NCBI GenBank assembly: GCA_964019425.1
Contig: OZ025789.1
Location: 1,426,001-1,490,000, forward strand
DNA length: 64,000 nt
Source of the DNA: Flectonema sp. DT1601
Lineage: Eukaryota
Direction of reading: 5' to 3'
In this document: positions 11,544 through 23,972 of the stretch, piece by piece
Numbering within the stretch: position 1 is the stretch's first letter
Layout: each line of letters begins with the position of its first letter
Position numbers and translations under genes: made by a program
The notes under the pieces: generated by a model
Databases searched by the model: none
What the model was told of the DNA's origin: nothing
What the model saw: the letters and a program-made list of their open reading frames with translations, nothing else

Positions 11544-13044
11544 GTTGGAACCAACACTTGACTAAACTCAGATTAAACAAAGTGAACAATTATTCTATCA
11601 ACACAGTGAACAATTATTATATCTTATCTATCCTCTTATTCCCGATGTGGTGCTGTAGTGTACCGTATCCCGCGATCGAACGAATGAAACCATGCATTCG
11701 TGTTTTTTTTTGGTTTCTTCGTTCCATTTTTACTTAGTTCATTCGCGAACATAAAGAAACAGTAATCAAAGTATCCTGAAGTTCTTAACATTTGTTTTTT
11801 TTCCCCTCAATTTAGTGCTGCCGAGCAACACTTTTGTATGAACGAGAGTGATCCATTATGCACAAGTGTTGCTCAAAAGAGTGTTGTTTCAAAGACTTCA
11901 AGGAAATAAGGATAAACGAAATAAAGTGAAAAAAATAAAACAATTCCTCGGTGCAATGTTGCGACGTACATATCCTCAAGGAGTAGATCTTTAGTGGATG
12001 TCGTCAAACAGTTATCTGAGTGTTGTTTTCCTCCCATAGCCTTCTTTTTCTTTCATAGTCTCGCTCACCGCAGACGCGACATAATATTATATCTTTTTCT
12101 CAATTATTACCTTCTTTTCTTTTAGCAACTGCAGTTTTGTTCATTTTGTGTGAACTCAAGCTTACGGTGACCCCTTCATTGGGTTAGCTGTTTGTTATGT
12201 TAATGAAATTTTGTTTTCTTTTTTTGGTTTAGCCTTTAACTTTAAGGTAAAAGCAACAAAGTTAACTTCTTATCACTTGGAAACAAGTGACCCTCTCTTT
12301 AACTACAGTCTTTCCTCGCTGACAATCTTTCGGTAAATAATCGACAGGCAAGAATGAATCTCGCTGATTTGTGTTTATTCCTGTACAATTTCTCTCTTAA
12401 TGACTAATTCGCATTTGCTTGCTATTCGAGGCAGCAAAATTCATGGTCTTTTTTTCTTCATACACAGCAATATTTTTTTTGTGCTCTCTTAACAGTTTTT
12501 TTGTGTCTTTAACTAACTAACAAACTAACTACACTCTATACTCGTTTCCTTGCTGAAGATTCTTTTCTTTGTAAGCGTCTCGAAACTTTTTATTACGCAA
12601 AACACATGAAGTGTAATTTTGTTTTACAGTCCCGCGGTAACGGTGACACTACAAATTCCCTTCCTCTGTCCCCCTTTTTGGAATACAACATCGCCCGTTA
12701 AAGTAATTTGTTGTTTCAATAAGACTCTCAAGAGTTTGTTGTTGATTACATATTGCTTTCTGTGTTCCTGTTGAAAGAATCAGAACAGGGTTTCAAATGG
12801 AAGTAACTACGCACTCTCTCCTTTATCCATTTCCATTTCATCTTCTTATTGCTTTCTGATATGCGACCTGATAAAGGTATTCGATTGTGCTTCAGCTAGC
12901 ATTCTATCTCTTGCTGTTGCTGTTGAGAACTGTTTTGTTTTAATTTCCACGTAGTTTGCTTCCTTATGGAACTTGTTTGAATTGAGTGTGCCAAAAAGCA
13001 TAGTTGTAATTATTGTTTCCAACCCCACAGCTCACACAGTAAAT

Positions 13045-14418
13045 ATGTCCACCATCACTAAGCTTCACGCCAGAGAGGTAATCGACTCGAGAGGGAACCC
13101 AACTGTCGAGGTATGAATGTAATGTTTTTGTGTAGATTTGATTGCAGATGATCTCAGACGAAAGAAACAAAACAAATCAAAACAACAGGTCGAACTGTCC
13201 ACCGCCAATGGAGTGTTCAGAAGCATCGTTCCATCTGGAGCGTCGACCGGGAAGAGAGAAGCTTGTGAGAAGAGAGATGGAGACAAGTCGAGATACCTCG
13301 GAAAGGGAGTGACAGAAGCAGTGGCGGCAGTGAAGACGCAACTGTCGCAGGCCCTGATGGGAAAGAACGTAATGGAGCAGAGAGAACTCGATGATCTGAT
13401 GATCAAGTTGGACGGAACCGAGAACAAGTCGAGCTTCGGAGCCAACGCGATCCTCGGAGTGTCGATGGCAATCAGCAAGGCGGCTGCGGCAAACGCAGGA
13501 GTTCCAGTGTACCAGTACCTCGCGAAGCTGGCCGACAACGAGGCGGGCATGAGACTTCCAGTCCCTTGCTTCAACGTGATCAACGGAGGATCGCACGCCG
13601 GAAACGTGCTTCCGTTCCAGGAGTACATGATTGCCCCAGTGGGAGCGAAGAACTTCAGCGAGGCGATGAGAATGGGATGCGAGACTTACCACAAGTTGAA
13701 GGCGCTCTTGAAGAAGAAGTACGGACAAGACGCCGTGAACGTCGGTGACGAGGGAGGATTCGCTCCACCTATCGGAGGAGGAGGTGGGGAGGAGCCACTC
13801 CAGGTTCTGGTAGAGGCGATCAAGGAGGCCGGATACGAGGGAAAGATCAAGATCTGCATGGACTGCGCGGCGTCAGAGATGTGGAACGAGAGCGCGTCAA
13901 AGTACGACCTGACGTTCAAGGGAGACACGAGAACTCTGGTGTCTGGTCAGGAGATGACTGACATGTACAAGACGTGGGTTGAGAAGTATCCGTTCATCTC
14001 GATTGAGGATCCGTTTGGTGAGGATGACTGGGAGTCATGGCCTCTTCTGACCACGGCGCTGAAGGGGAAGGCGCAGGTTGTCGGAGATGACTTGACTGTG
14101 ACGAACTTGAAGTGCATCAAGCAGGCGATCGAGAAGGGATCTTGCAACTCCCTGTTGCTGAAGATCAACCAGATCGGAACTATCACCGAAGCGATCGACT
14201 CTGCGAAGCTCTGTCGTTCGAATGGATGGACTGTCATGGTGTCGCACAGATCAGGTGAGACCGAAGACACTTACATCGCTGACTTGTCTGTTGGTCTTGG
14301 AACTGGTCAGATCAAGACTGGTGCTCCATGTAGAGGTGAGCGTACTGCGAAATACAACCAACTTCTTCGTATTGAAGAGATGCTTGGAGACAAGGCTGTG
14401 TACGGATGGGTAAACTAA
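13045..14418 (+). CDS. ENO: Enolase, join(13045..13110,13189..14418), 431 aa
   Basis: Exon 1 [15 protein letters not shown], then a 78-nt GT..AG intron, then VELST..PSGASTG. Motifs [47 protein letters not shown]. Confidence 0.97.
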
Positions 14419-15090
14419 GCCTGGCTGACTTAACGAAGATGAAAGAATGCTTCAATTTGAATAATTAATATACACCCAAGTGATATCCAGATATTATTCC
14501 TCCCGCATAAATACTCCCATCTCCCTGTACACCTAGTCGCATTTTACGATTATATTTTATAGTGCGTGTTTCGTTATTCTGCTTTGACTGGACAAGGAGT
14601 TGTGAGACGATTTGATAGACAGCTAGTAAGAAATAGCTACGACCGATAAGTGAGTTACGGAGTGCTGTTTTAAACTAGAGGGTTCATTCCCCTGTTTGAT
14701 CAGTGTCTCTGTTGTTACTCTCCCGCGAAAATATATTTTCTTAATTATGTCTGAATCTCGGATTTGCTTTATTTTCACTATACTCGTTTCAGTATACCCT
14801 TGCTCTGAAGATGGAATTTTTTCATTATTGAGGTAAACTTGTAGATCATTATTTTTATTTATTTTACAGGTGCAGCATACATACGAAGTGAAGCTTGCGA
14901 GTTGAAACAGAGGTATTCCACCTGGACGTTTTGACCTGAAGGGGGGGTGGGTGGGGTGGGAATGCACAGACAGAAGCATTGGAGCGCAAAGTCTCCTGGG
15001 AATGGGAATCTGGGGTGGGAGCACATTATAAGCAGCAGTCATATTCTTTTGGAACTACAAATCCCTACAGTTAGTCGCAGCACAACATAA

Positions 15091-16704
15091 ATGTGGGTTT
15101 CCATAAGAAATAGCAGTCAGCTGCATTTTGATAAAGTAGTAAGATTACGTGACCCGGAGAGTCTCAGGGGAGAAACATTACCAGCAGACATTTATGTCGA
15201 GAGACCAGCTGGTCTGGTAGAAACCTTCACACCCAGAGAGTGTGTAGTAGTGTTTGGATCTACCAAGGCTACTGTAAAGCCATCTGATCTTGAAGAGTGC
15301 CAATTTAATGGCAGAAGTTTAGCAAGTGACGCAGGGTTTGAAGCAGTAAAAGAAAGATGTACTGAGTGCTTGAAAAACTCAACCAAAAGACAGAGAGTGG
15401 AACTTCTTCTGCTACGATGTGAAGCTCAAATAGCTTTAGGAGATTACGATGCAGCATTGATTGATTCAATTAGTGTTATTAATGAAGATGATAAAAATCC
15501 TTTGGGGTATGCAAAGAAGGTTCGCGTACTGGCAGGAGGACGCATATTTACCACAGCGATGGAAACCCTCCGAGAAGCTACTAACAAATTAAAAGATAAT
15601 GAGGTAATCAGATGCAGTGTGGAACTTGTTATCGAAACCGCTCTCGATGATAAAGAGTTCGGACATGCAGCAGCTGCTGCGGAACTCCTAAAGAGATACG
15701 CCGCTACTGAGATGGACATCGAACAGGCCGAAGGTCTGATAAAACGCTGCAGAAGACCCTCAGGAAGTAATTCACCAGCAAAGGCAAAGATAACTAAAAG
15801 TTCCATTCCTGGAATGGAAGAAATCTTCAAGAATCCCTTTAAAGTGAGACTTGCAGCACACTCTAGTAGATCCAATCAGGAAAAGAGATCAGAGATTGAT
15901 GGATTGTTTTGTGAAAGAGAATACTTTCGTGAGCATCAGATGTGGAAAGAGGGGGCTGCAGTGAGGAAGTTATTACAGCTACTGGGAACCAACATCGATG
16001 ACACGACAGGGAACTGGAATACTCCAACTGGACTACGAGGTTCAATTACCGAGTCTATAAAAAGATATAAATCCGAGAACGACTGTTCCTGGTTTGGTAA
16101 GTCTGATTACACTGCCTGCTATGAAAACGGGATGATCTTAATGGCAGCAAAGGGATCGGGAGGAAAGGGGAAAGGAAAGGAAGCCAAGGGAAAGGGGAAG
16201 GGGAAAGGGGGAAAGTCGTCAGTGAGAGATAAACAAGCCAGAGAGCCACCCAGAAATGAGACAGACCGTGACCGATACTTGCCAGAGACTGCAGGAGCTC
16301 CCATTCGTCTTGGGGCAAGAGCTACTCCTGTTAAAGTAACTACACCTGTTGCAACACGGGAACGAGATGCGTCGAGAAACTCCAACCCAATGATAAAGGT
16401 ATGAGATTGTAGTACTCTTGTCAATCACTTTTTAATAACCTCAAAAAGGAATCAAAACAGGTAAGCAAAGTCCTTAATGACCTAGGCCTTCCTCAATATA
16501 TTAAAGTCTTTGAAAGAGAAGGACTTGATTCCCTTCATATGATAGCACAAGCAACCACTGAGGACTTCGATGTATGTTTTATTTATATGAATTAATCTAT
16601 TTTAAATGAGAACAATATATCAAAACATTAAACAGATGTGCCGTGTGAAGCCTATCCATGCTAGGAAGATTAAGGAACAAGCTTTAACAATGGCAAAGAA
16701 ATGA
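15091..16704 (+). CDS. TPR-repeat protein with GK-rich tract and C-terminal SAM domain, join(15091..16398,16461..16571,16636..16704)
   Basis: TPR-like LLRCEAQIALGDYDAALID..NPLGY. Two GT-AG introns (62, 64 nt) add VSKVLNDLGLPQYIKVFEREGLDSL..VKPIHARKI, a SAM pattern. Confidence 0.8.
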
Positions 16705-17202
16705 GGTTTTGACTGATGTTGAACAACAGGAATAATGTAATAAACAAAGCAGGGGGTCCCTAGCGTGTGAATCCAACAAGCAGATTTAGTGACAGCATAA
16801 TGAGCTCTAGACAGTAGCAGAAATAACATTTTTTTTTTTACAATGGCAAAAGCCAGGAAAAAAAGTTTTTTTTTTTTTCTTGTTCTTTTTTAAATCGACA
16901 ACAAGCTCAATTCGTTTCATTTTTTCGACGGGTGATGTTATCTCTTATTCACTTCTTTTTTGGATTCCAATTAATTTTTTTTTTTTTTTCTTTCTCTCCA
17001 AAGATGTCAAAGTTCGGGGAGCAACATTCTAAGTCTACTGCGACAAGTACAAGAGCTATTCATAAAATATACTTTTCTTCTATTAGGTTTTTTGCAAAAG
17101 TAGTTGGATAGTTTCCTCTGTGGTAGTACAGCTTTTTGACTTGAGTTTTAGGTTTACATTAGTTACTTACAACCCCCTCACAGAATACTTTATTTTGCTA
17201 GT

Positions 17203-18802
17203 ATGACTTCGTCCAGCTCGTCACAGAGCGGTAAATCTGAGAAAGAGGGAGGACCACCAGCACACAAAACTAGCTACCCTTTTATAATTGTGTTACTGAC
17301 TCTACAGTTCGTATTAATTGTGTTGTATGCGACATGTGTTAGTTACGGAGATCACAATGACTTGAACCCAACTGACCCGGCGATTGATGACTTGAACAGA
17401 ATTTATCCATTTTATCAAGACGTTCACGTTATGGTGTTTGTTGGTTTTGGGTTCCTTATGACATTCTTAAAGAAATATTCAATGTCTGCTGTTGGTTTCA
17501 ACCTTCTCATTGCCGCAACAATGCTTCAATGGACTATCCTTGTGGTTGGATTCTGGCACCGTGCCTTCAAATTCCACACTGACTTCTCACAGAAGATTGA
17601 TGTTGGTATCAAAGATTTGGTTGCTGCTGACTTTGGTGCAGCAACTGTTCTAATTTCTTTCGGAGCTGTGATTGGTAAGGCTGGTCCACTTCAACTTATT
17701 GTAATGGGGCTGTTTGAAATTATTTTATACGGACTCAATGAATCGATTGGTGTTGTTGAACTTCAGGCTGTTGACATCGGAGGTTCCATGTACGTCCACA
17801 TGTTTGGAGCCTTCTTCGGTATCGCTGCCTCGTTTACATTTATGAACGATACTAAAAGACAAGAGCAAAAGGGAAATAGTAATGAAGGTTCGACTAGAAG
17901 TACCGACACTGTTGCTATGATTGGAACTCTTTTCTTGTGGATGTTTTGGCCGTCATTCAATGGAGCGTTAGCTGCTGGTAATGCGAGAAACAGAGTTGTG
18001 ATTAACACCGTCTTGTCTATCTCATCATCTGCTTCAACTGCTTTCCTATTCTCATACTGGTTTAGAGGAACAGGTAGGTTTAATATGGTTGATATTCAGA
18101 ATGCTACTTTAGCTGGAGGTGTTGCTGTTGGATCAAGTTCTGATTTAGTAATCAATGCTTACCCAGCACTTATTATTGGTGCTCTTGCTGGTATGGTTTC
18201 AGTTATGGGTTACGTCTACCTTCAGCCTGCTCTTCAAAAGGTTGGTCTTCACGATACTTGTGGTGTTCTAAACCTTCACGGTCTTCCTGGAATGATTGGT
18301 GCTATTTCTGGAGCAATCTCTGCTGCTGATACGAGTGCTGGACATTTATCAACCAACTTCCCTGCTCGTCCTCACCGTTCTGCTAGTCACCAGGGAGCAA
18401 TGCAGATTACCTGTATGTTTGTAACTCTTGGTATTTCTATTGCTGGAGGTCTTGTGGCTGGTTTTGTTATGCGATTTATTCCAGACCCATCCAATGAAGA
18501 TGAGCCACTCTTCGAAGATACCCGTTACTGGGATGTAGAGGTATGTTTTTATTAGTTTAGTGTACAGCCGCAGGGGGTTCAACAGGGACTGGAATCAGGC
18601 TTCTGTCTCAGGTGTCCGGCGGCATTCACTCTCCGACGACGGCACTGGTATCTCGCTCTCCTTTAGATGGAGATCCGTCCTCCACCCTGGCCCTGGGGCT
18701 TCGGCGTGCGGTGTACTCTTAATGTGATGTGTTTTATTATAAATTCTCAAAAAAACAACTCTAACTCAGGATGAAGAAGAGGGTGGTAGCCATCCGTACT
18801 AG
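17203..18802 (+). CDS. Rhesus-type ammonium transporter (Amt/Rh), join(17203..18540,18770..18802)
   Basis: YPFYQDVHVMVFVGFGFLMTF, HMFGAFFG, LFLWMFWPSFN, DIQNATLAGGV, HDTCGVLNLHGLPG. GTATG..CTCAG intron and a last exon DEEEGGSHPY*. Confidence 0.93.
18560..18718. mobile_element. MITE-like 159-bp insertion in the Rh intron, TTA target-site duplication
   Basis: GC-rich island flanked by TTA (18557-59, 18719-21), with imperfect TIRs GTGTACAGCCGCA / TGCGGTGTACTC. Removing it leaves a 67-nt intron, typical for this window. Confidence 0.65.
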
Positions 18803-20659
18803 TGTTGTTTCCGCGTGCAATGTTTGTGTTGTCAATGAAAACAATCCAAAGCCACCGTGAATTATTTAAACTGCTTATGGCATTTCTCTCTTTCTTTATT
18901 CACTTATTATTGTGACGAAAATTTTGAAAAAAAAAAAACAATTCAAGACAAAACTCGATAAAGTGGGTTTTCTTTTTTTTTGAAAATTGGTTTCTACTTT
19001 TTTTTGTTATGGTATTTATATAAGAAATATAACAAAAAGAACAGTATTGATTGAAATGTTAGCGTTGTCAAATAGTAGCCACACTCTACATCAGTAAAAC
19101 GATCTTCAGTCCAGAAGGGACAAAAAAAAAAAAAAAAAAATTAAAGAACACAAGGGAAATAGTATTTTTTAATTTTATTTTCATTCTTTTTTTTCTCTTT
19201 TTTTTTTTTTTTGTTTTTTTTATGCCTCGAAAAAATAAAAAAAAAAAAGAGACAAAAAAAGGAATAACGTTGAATTGGCTATCCCGTATGAAATAGTTTA
19301 CTAATATTTATTATCGACTGATTAATATTAATATTAACTTATTGGGGAAAAATGCAATTCTTTATCTAACTTAAAATTCATACTACGTACGTTCTCAACT
19401 TTTTTTTTGTTTCCCCATCTCCATTTCTTAGTTATGAATAGTGGTGTTTGGTATATTTTTTCACCTTGCCTATGTTTTTTTTTTTTTTTTTTTTTTGCCA
19501 ACAAAACGTATTTCCCCCTCCTTCCCCCAAGTAACACAGTATGAGCCATCTGAACAATACAAGAAAATAAAAACAAAGACAGCAGCTGACGTTCAAAAGT
19601 CTTTGAAGAATTAAGCACTGGCTTCGTTTTCGATGGCACGAGTCCAAAAAAAAAAGAAAAAAGAAAAGTCTCCATTCTGTTCCTTACTCCCTTCCATCAC
19701 TCCCAATCCCACTAATAAGGTTCTATTAAGAGGGCTAGTTATTGCTTTCAATCGATCTGCTGAAATCAGCGCCTTGCATGAGGAAAAATGGTGCCTGTTG
19801 AGCTGCCTGTCTTCAAGTGCTGTTGGCTGGATCCCCCCTTTTCTTACTGCTCCCTCCTGTTACGGTACCCGTACTGAGGGAAATTCTTTCGTTGTTAAGG
19901 AAGGCGATTTTTGAAATAGGTAAAAAACAAAATTAAAAAGAGGGGGGGGTGGGGGGAAAGAAAAAAAAATAAAGAAGAAAAAGAAAAACGTGATATTTAT
20001 CTTTTGATTGAAGACTGCGTTGCCGATAATGGTTCCTTTTTTTCCAGTTTTTTTTTTTTCTTTTTGATCTCCTCTCAGTTTTGTTTTTATGATTTTTAAT
20101 TTAGTAAGTAGCGACTCTATTCAGATAAGGGTTAGTAGTTGGCAGCTCATAATGAGCAGCCTTGTCTTGCTTACAATATTGTTATTCATTCGCCTCTATT
20201 AAAATATTGCTCCCACCATTTGGTTTAGATGAGTGAAAAGGAGGAATTGCCTCTTCTCATTTGCTTTGCTAATGGAAAAACTTTGAAACAGATTTCAACC
20301 AAATGTTTTCCGCAAATATGTAATCTGTATCTTTCTACGTGTTGCGTCCTCCCCAGTTCAGTGCTGGAGCACGAGTCGCGTTATTTGTGTTCAGCTGCGA
20401 AACTCGTCTAATGGAAGGAAGCACCGTACGATCACCTCCCCTTTTCCTTTTATATCCCTGTTTCCCCTTGTTATCCCTTCCCGTTGAATTAATATCCAAC
20501 ACTCAACACAGTTCATGAAATGTAATAAATAATACGATCTCACTTATCCAGTTCACATGAATACGAGAGGTGGTAATTCTTTATTAAATCACATCCGTTT
20601 TGGTTTATGATAAAATTTTTAAAATTGTTTCGCAACAGCAGGTTGGGACAACAAGAACG

Positions 20660-22501
20660 ATGGAATCTCCAGACCCAACTGAGAGTTCTTTATTATCTAA
20701 AATGGAAGACGGGTACAGAGCGAGATCAGAAAGTAGAATGAGAGTTCTATCATTAGGAATGAAGTATGTCGGAACGTTCTATTCTCAAACTCCAATTCAT
20801 GAAAACCCTTTGAGTGGAATAACACCAGTACCTGGAGAGGTGAGAGGCTATTCGGAATCACCGCCACCGCTACCTTCAATGCCTCCAATGCCGCAGACGA
20901 TGGAGAGCAAAACAGATGCTCTTCCACAACCTCCTTCACCTGCATTAACGATGAGTGATGCCGGAACACCTCCTGTTGATGCATGCCCTCCAACTCCTTA
21001 CCGTGATGTAACTCCGACTGAATCGCTTCGATCACAAACACCTTCTCCCCTCGCGGCTTCCAGTGTTGCTGAGGTCCCACAACCATTGCCTCCACCGCCT
21101 CCACATGTCGCAAAATTAGCTGAAGTACATGGAGCTCTCAATGGAAATAATTTAAAACATCCTCACAGTGAATTGGAAGCCGCACCGCAACCCTTCTCCC
21201 CTTCTGTCAATGGAGCGCACAATAATAAGCAGCTGATTTCAGATCCGCATTTCGGACAGGCTTTTTCACGAGAGATATCAACCGGTGAACCCCCAGTTCA
21301 CAATACCGAAACACCGAAACCGCATCCGTCACCTCGCCACAATGTCACTCCAATAGTGAACGAAATAAAACAACCAGCTAAAGAGAATAGTTTTCAGCTA
21401 CCAGACCCTCCGCGTATAGGGAGACGGCATTCTGGGAAAGATGATCCAGAGCGAGAGTTTAAGGCATTGAAACCTCCTAAGAAAGTAACTCACAGCAGTC
21501 CGATGGTTGAAATTCCGGAGAAGGAGAACTTAGAAGAGACCCCTCATCAGAATATTCACATTGATCAATCTGAACCTATTCCAGTGACAGCTGTTGAGGT
21601 TGAAGAAACTGTAACTGTTGCTCCGCCTGTAATATCTCGAGCAGCAGCAGCCGCAGCAGCAATAAGGAATGAAATCTCAGAAGTAAAAAAGGCTGCTTCA
21701 ACACATCAAGTTTCAACACAAACACCGACTACTTCTGCAACACAAACTGATATATTAAACAGTGATATGAATAACTTACTAGCAAGTAGTCCAACTCTAA
21801 ATAGAAGTTACATTACTCCACCACACACACCTGTTTCAGCAACTGTTGAAACCCAAACACCAACAAGGAGAAGTAGCCTATCTCGTAGACGGGGTTCTCA
21901 TGGCGAAAAGAGCGAACCGCCTGAGAAGGAACCCGCAAAGGAAAATGAAAATGATAGAGACGAAGAAGAAGAGGAAGAAAAAGAAGAACCGAAGGAAGGC
22001 GAGGAAGCAGCGTCCACGGCAGTGGAATCGAAAAAGAAAAAGAAGGAAAGCTTCAGAAAAAAGCGAAGAGACAAGACTAAGGAAGCAACAAAGAAAGAAT
22101 CCTCCGATGAACCGAATGAAAAAGAAGGAGGAGAACCAAAAGGAGTACCTCCACCAGTAGTTGCTTCACCTCTCGAGGGAAGTAGTGATTCCAGTGACAC
22201 AGTTGAGTGTAGTGATAGTGATGCAGGTAAGGCTACTGATGATCTCTTTACTCCACTTCCTTCAGTTGAGTCACCCTGTTCGTCGGTGTCGTCAGTTGAT
22301 TCGAGTCACAGCTTCCCCAGCCTTCCTCAAAATGAGAAAGATATTTCTATTCATGAAAATATTTTCATTAAGAATCCGAAAGCTGATCCTGACTCCTGGG
22401 TATCAGCGAAAGTTGTCTCTCTTCACAAGGGAACTCCCTGGGTGGTAACAGATCGTCTTCCTTACGCTACCACCTTCCATGATGTTAAAGAAGACGCTTA
22501 G
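20660..22501 (+). CDS. Hypothetical Pro/Ser/Glu-rich disordered protein
   Basis: Long ORF. ATG 20660 follows a CAACAGCAG acceptor-like site. No domain recognised. Confidence 0.7.
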   Translation: MESPDPTESSLLSKMEDGYRARSESRMRVLSLGMKYVGTFYSQTPIHENPLSGITPVPGEVRGYSESPPPLPSMPPMPQTMESKTDALPQPPSPALTMSDAGTPPVDACPPTPYRDVTPTESLRSQTPSPLAASSVAEVPQPLPPPPPHVAKLAEVHGALNGNNLKHPHSELEAAPQPFSPSVNGAHNNKQLISDPHFGQAFSREISTGEPPVHNTETPKPHPSPRHNVTPIVNEIKQPAKENSFQLPDPPRIGRRHSGKDDPEREFKALKPPKKVTHSSPMVEIPEKENLEETPHQNIHIDQSEPIPVTAVEVEETVTVAPPVISRAAAAAAAIRNEISEVKKAASTHQVSTQTPTTSATQTDILNSDMNNLLASSPTLNRSYITPPHTPVSATVETQTPTRRSSLSRRRGSHGEKSEPPEKEPAKENENDRDEEEEEEKEEPKEGEEAASTAVESKKKKKESFRKKRRDKTKEATKKESSDEPNEKEGGEPKGVPPPVVASPLEGSSDSSDTVECSDSDAGKATDDLFTPLPSVESPCSSVSSVDSSHSFPSLPQNEKDISIHENIFIKNPKADPDSWVSAKVVSLHKGTPWVVTDRLPYATTFHDVKEDA

Positions 22502-22763
22502 ACTACTAACTTCCATTACAACCTGCTACTAATCTATGAAGGTGTTTGTGCATCCTCTGTTTTGTTATCTTGTTTCCTGTATTAAATTTAGTTATTGTTT
22601 AATTACAGTAAAAACTTATTTTATCTAATTTTTCATGTGCAGGATGTACAAGAAATTGATGTGAATTTTTCATTTCTTAAACAAAAATATTCAGATATTA
22701 TTTTTTTCATAAGTGTTGGGGAATCACAAATCCGTATATGATCTGCAGTAGTGACTATAAACA

Positions 22764-23972
22764 ATGAGGAGGTACGAAATTCAGAAAGTAATTGGTGATG
22801 GAGCATACGGTATGGTAATGAAAGCGTGTCAAATAGAGACACAGGACGTCGTTGCTGTGAAGAAAATGAAGAGAAAATTCTACAACTGGCAAGAGTGCAT
22901 GGAACTTCGTGAGATAAAATCACTTAAGAAGTTGTGTCATCCGAACATTATAAAATTAAAAGAAGTGATTAGAGAAAATGATGAGTTGTTTTTTGTTTTT
23001 GATTTTTGTGATAATAATTTATTTCATCTGATGAGCGGATTTCAAAAAGGATTTCCAGAAATTAGCATTCGACACTTTATGAGTCAAATCTTTAACGCGC
23101 TGACGTATATGCACAAACATGGTTTCTTTCATCGAGATTTGAAACCTGAAAACCTTCTAGTAAATGGATCCATTGATAACTCACGAGAATGTGTACTAAA
23201 ACTGGCTGACTTTGGACTTGCAAGAGAAATCCGAAGCAGACCTCCATTCACTGACTATGTGTCAACTCGTTGGTATAGAGCTCCTGAAGTGTTATTAAGA
23301 TCTACTAATTACAATAGTCCAATTGATATGTGGGCAGCGGGTGTCATCATGGCGGAGATGTATTTGATTAGACCACTCTTTCCGGGAACATCAGAGACTG
23401 ATGAAATATTTAAGATTTGTTCAGTCCTCGGAACTCCAACACCACAACAATGGCAAGAAGGTCATCGACTAGCCCAGGCGATGAATTTTAAATTTCCTCA
23501 AATGGTACCAACTCCCCTGTCATCACTAATCCCAGTAGCTACTAATGAAGCACTCTCATTAATGAATCAATTACTTGTTTATGAACCAAAGAAACGACTT
23601 ACTTCAAATGAAGCTACTCAGCATCAGTTCTTTACATCTTATCAAGCACAAGCACAACAATCAAATACTACGCAGTGTTCTGGTCCTCAGTCGATAAATG
23701 TTGGATCAGCTAACTCTGTTGGGAATGATCTCAGATTCCCTCTTCAGAATGTACCAAATCCAGGACCGTCACCTGTTTCTAATGATGTTAACAGTTTTGA
23801 TAGATTTAGTTCTAAGGTGGGTGTTTGTGTATTTTTTTATGTTGTTTTTATCTAAGGAATAGTAATATCAAAAAAAAAAACAAAAAAACAGAAATCTGAC
23901 TCAGGTCCTCAACCAGGATCTCGATGGTACGGAGGAAACGAAGGAAGAAAAATGTCATCAGACTACTACTAG
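22764..23972 (+). CDS. MAK/ICK-like (RCK family, CMGC) Ser/Thr kinase, join(22764..23816,23892..23972)
   Basis: [45 protein letters not shown] (TDY activation loop). 75-nt GT-AG intron. Confidence 0.92.

Larger units (their letters stand above)
895..13155 (+). repeat. Tandem segmental duplication: partial unit 895..3213, unit 3214..7692, unit 7693..13155 (chitinase + 3' spacer + enolase exon 1)
   Basis: Long near-identical CDS and spacer blocks. Identity with the enolase locus ends at ...GATCTC| (3213, 7692, 13155). The first spacer lacks ~340 nt present in the other two. Confidence 0.95.

Noticed and set aside
13138..13188. ORF-track N-terminus [11 protein letters not shown] of enolase
   Set aside because: This is intron sequence. 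The true exon 1 is 13045..13110.
20369..20410. Hairpin ending CGAAACTCGTC, hammerhead-like
   Set aside because: No CTGANGA core upstream.
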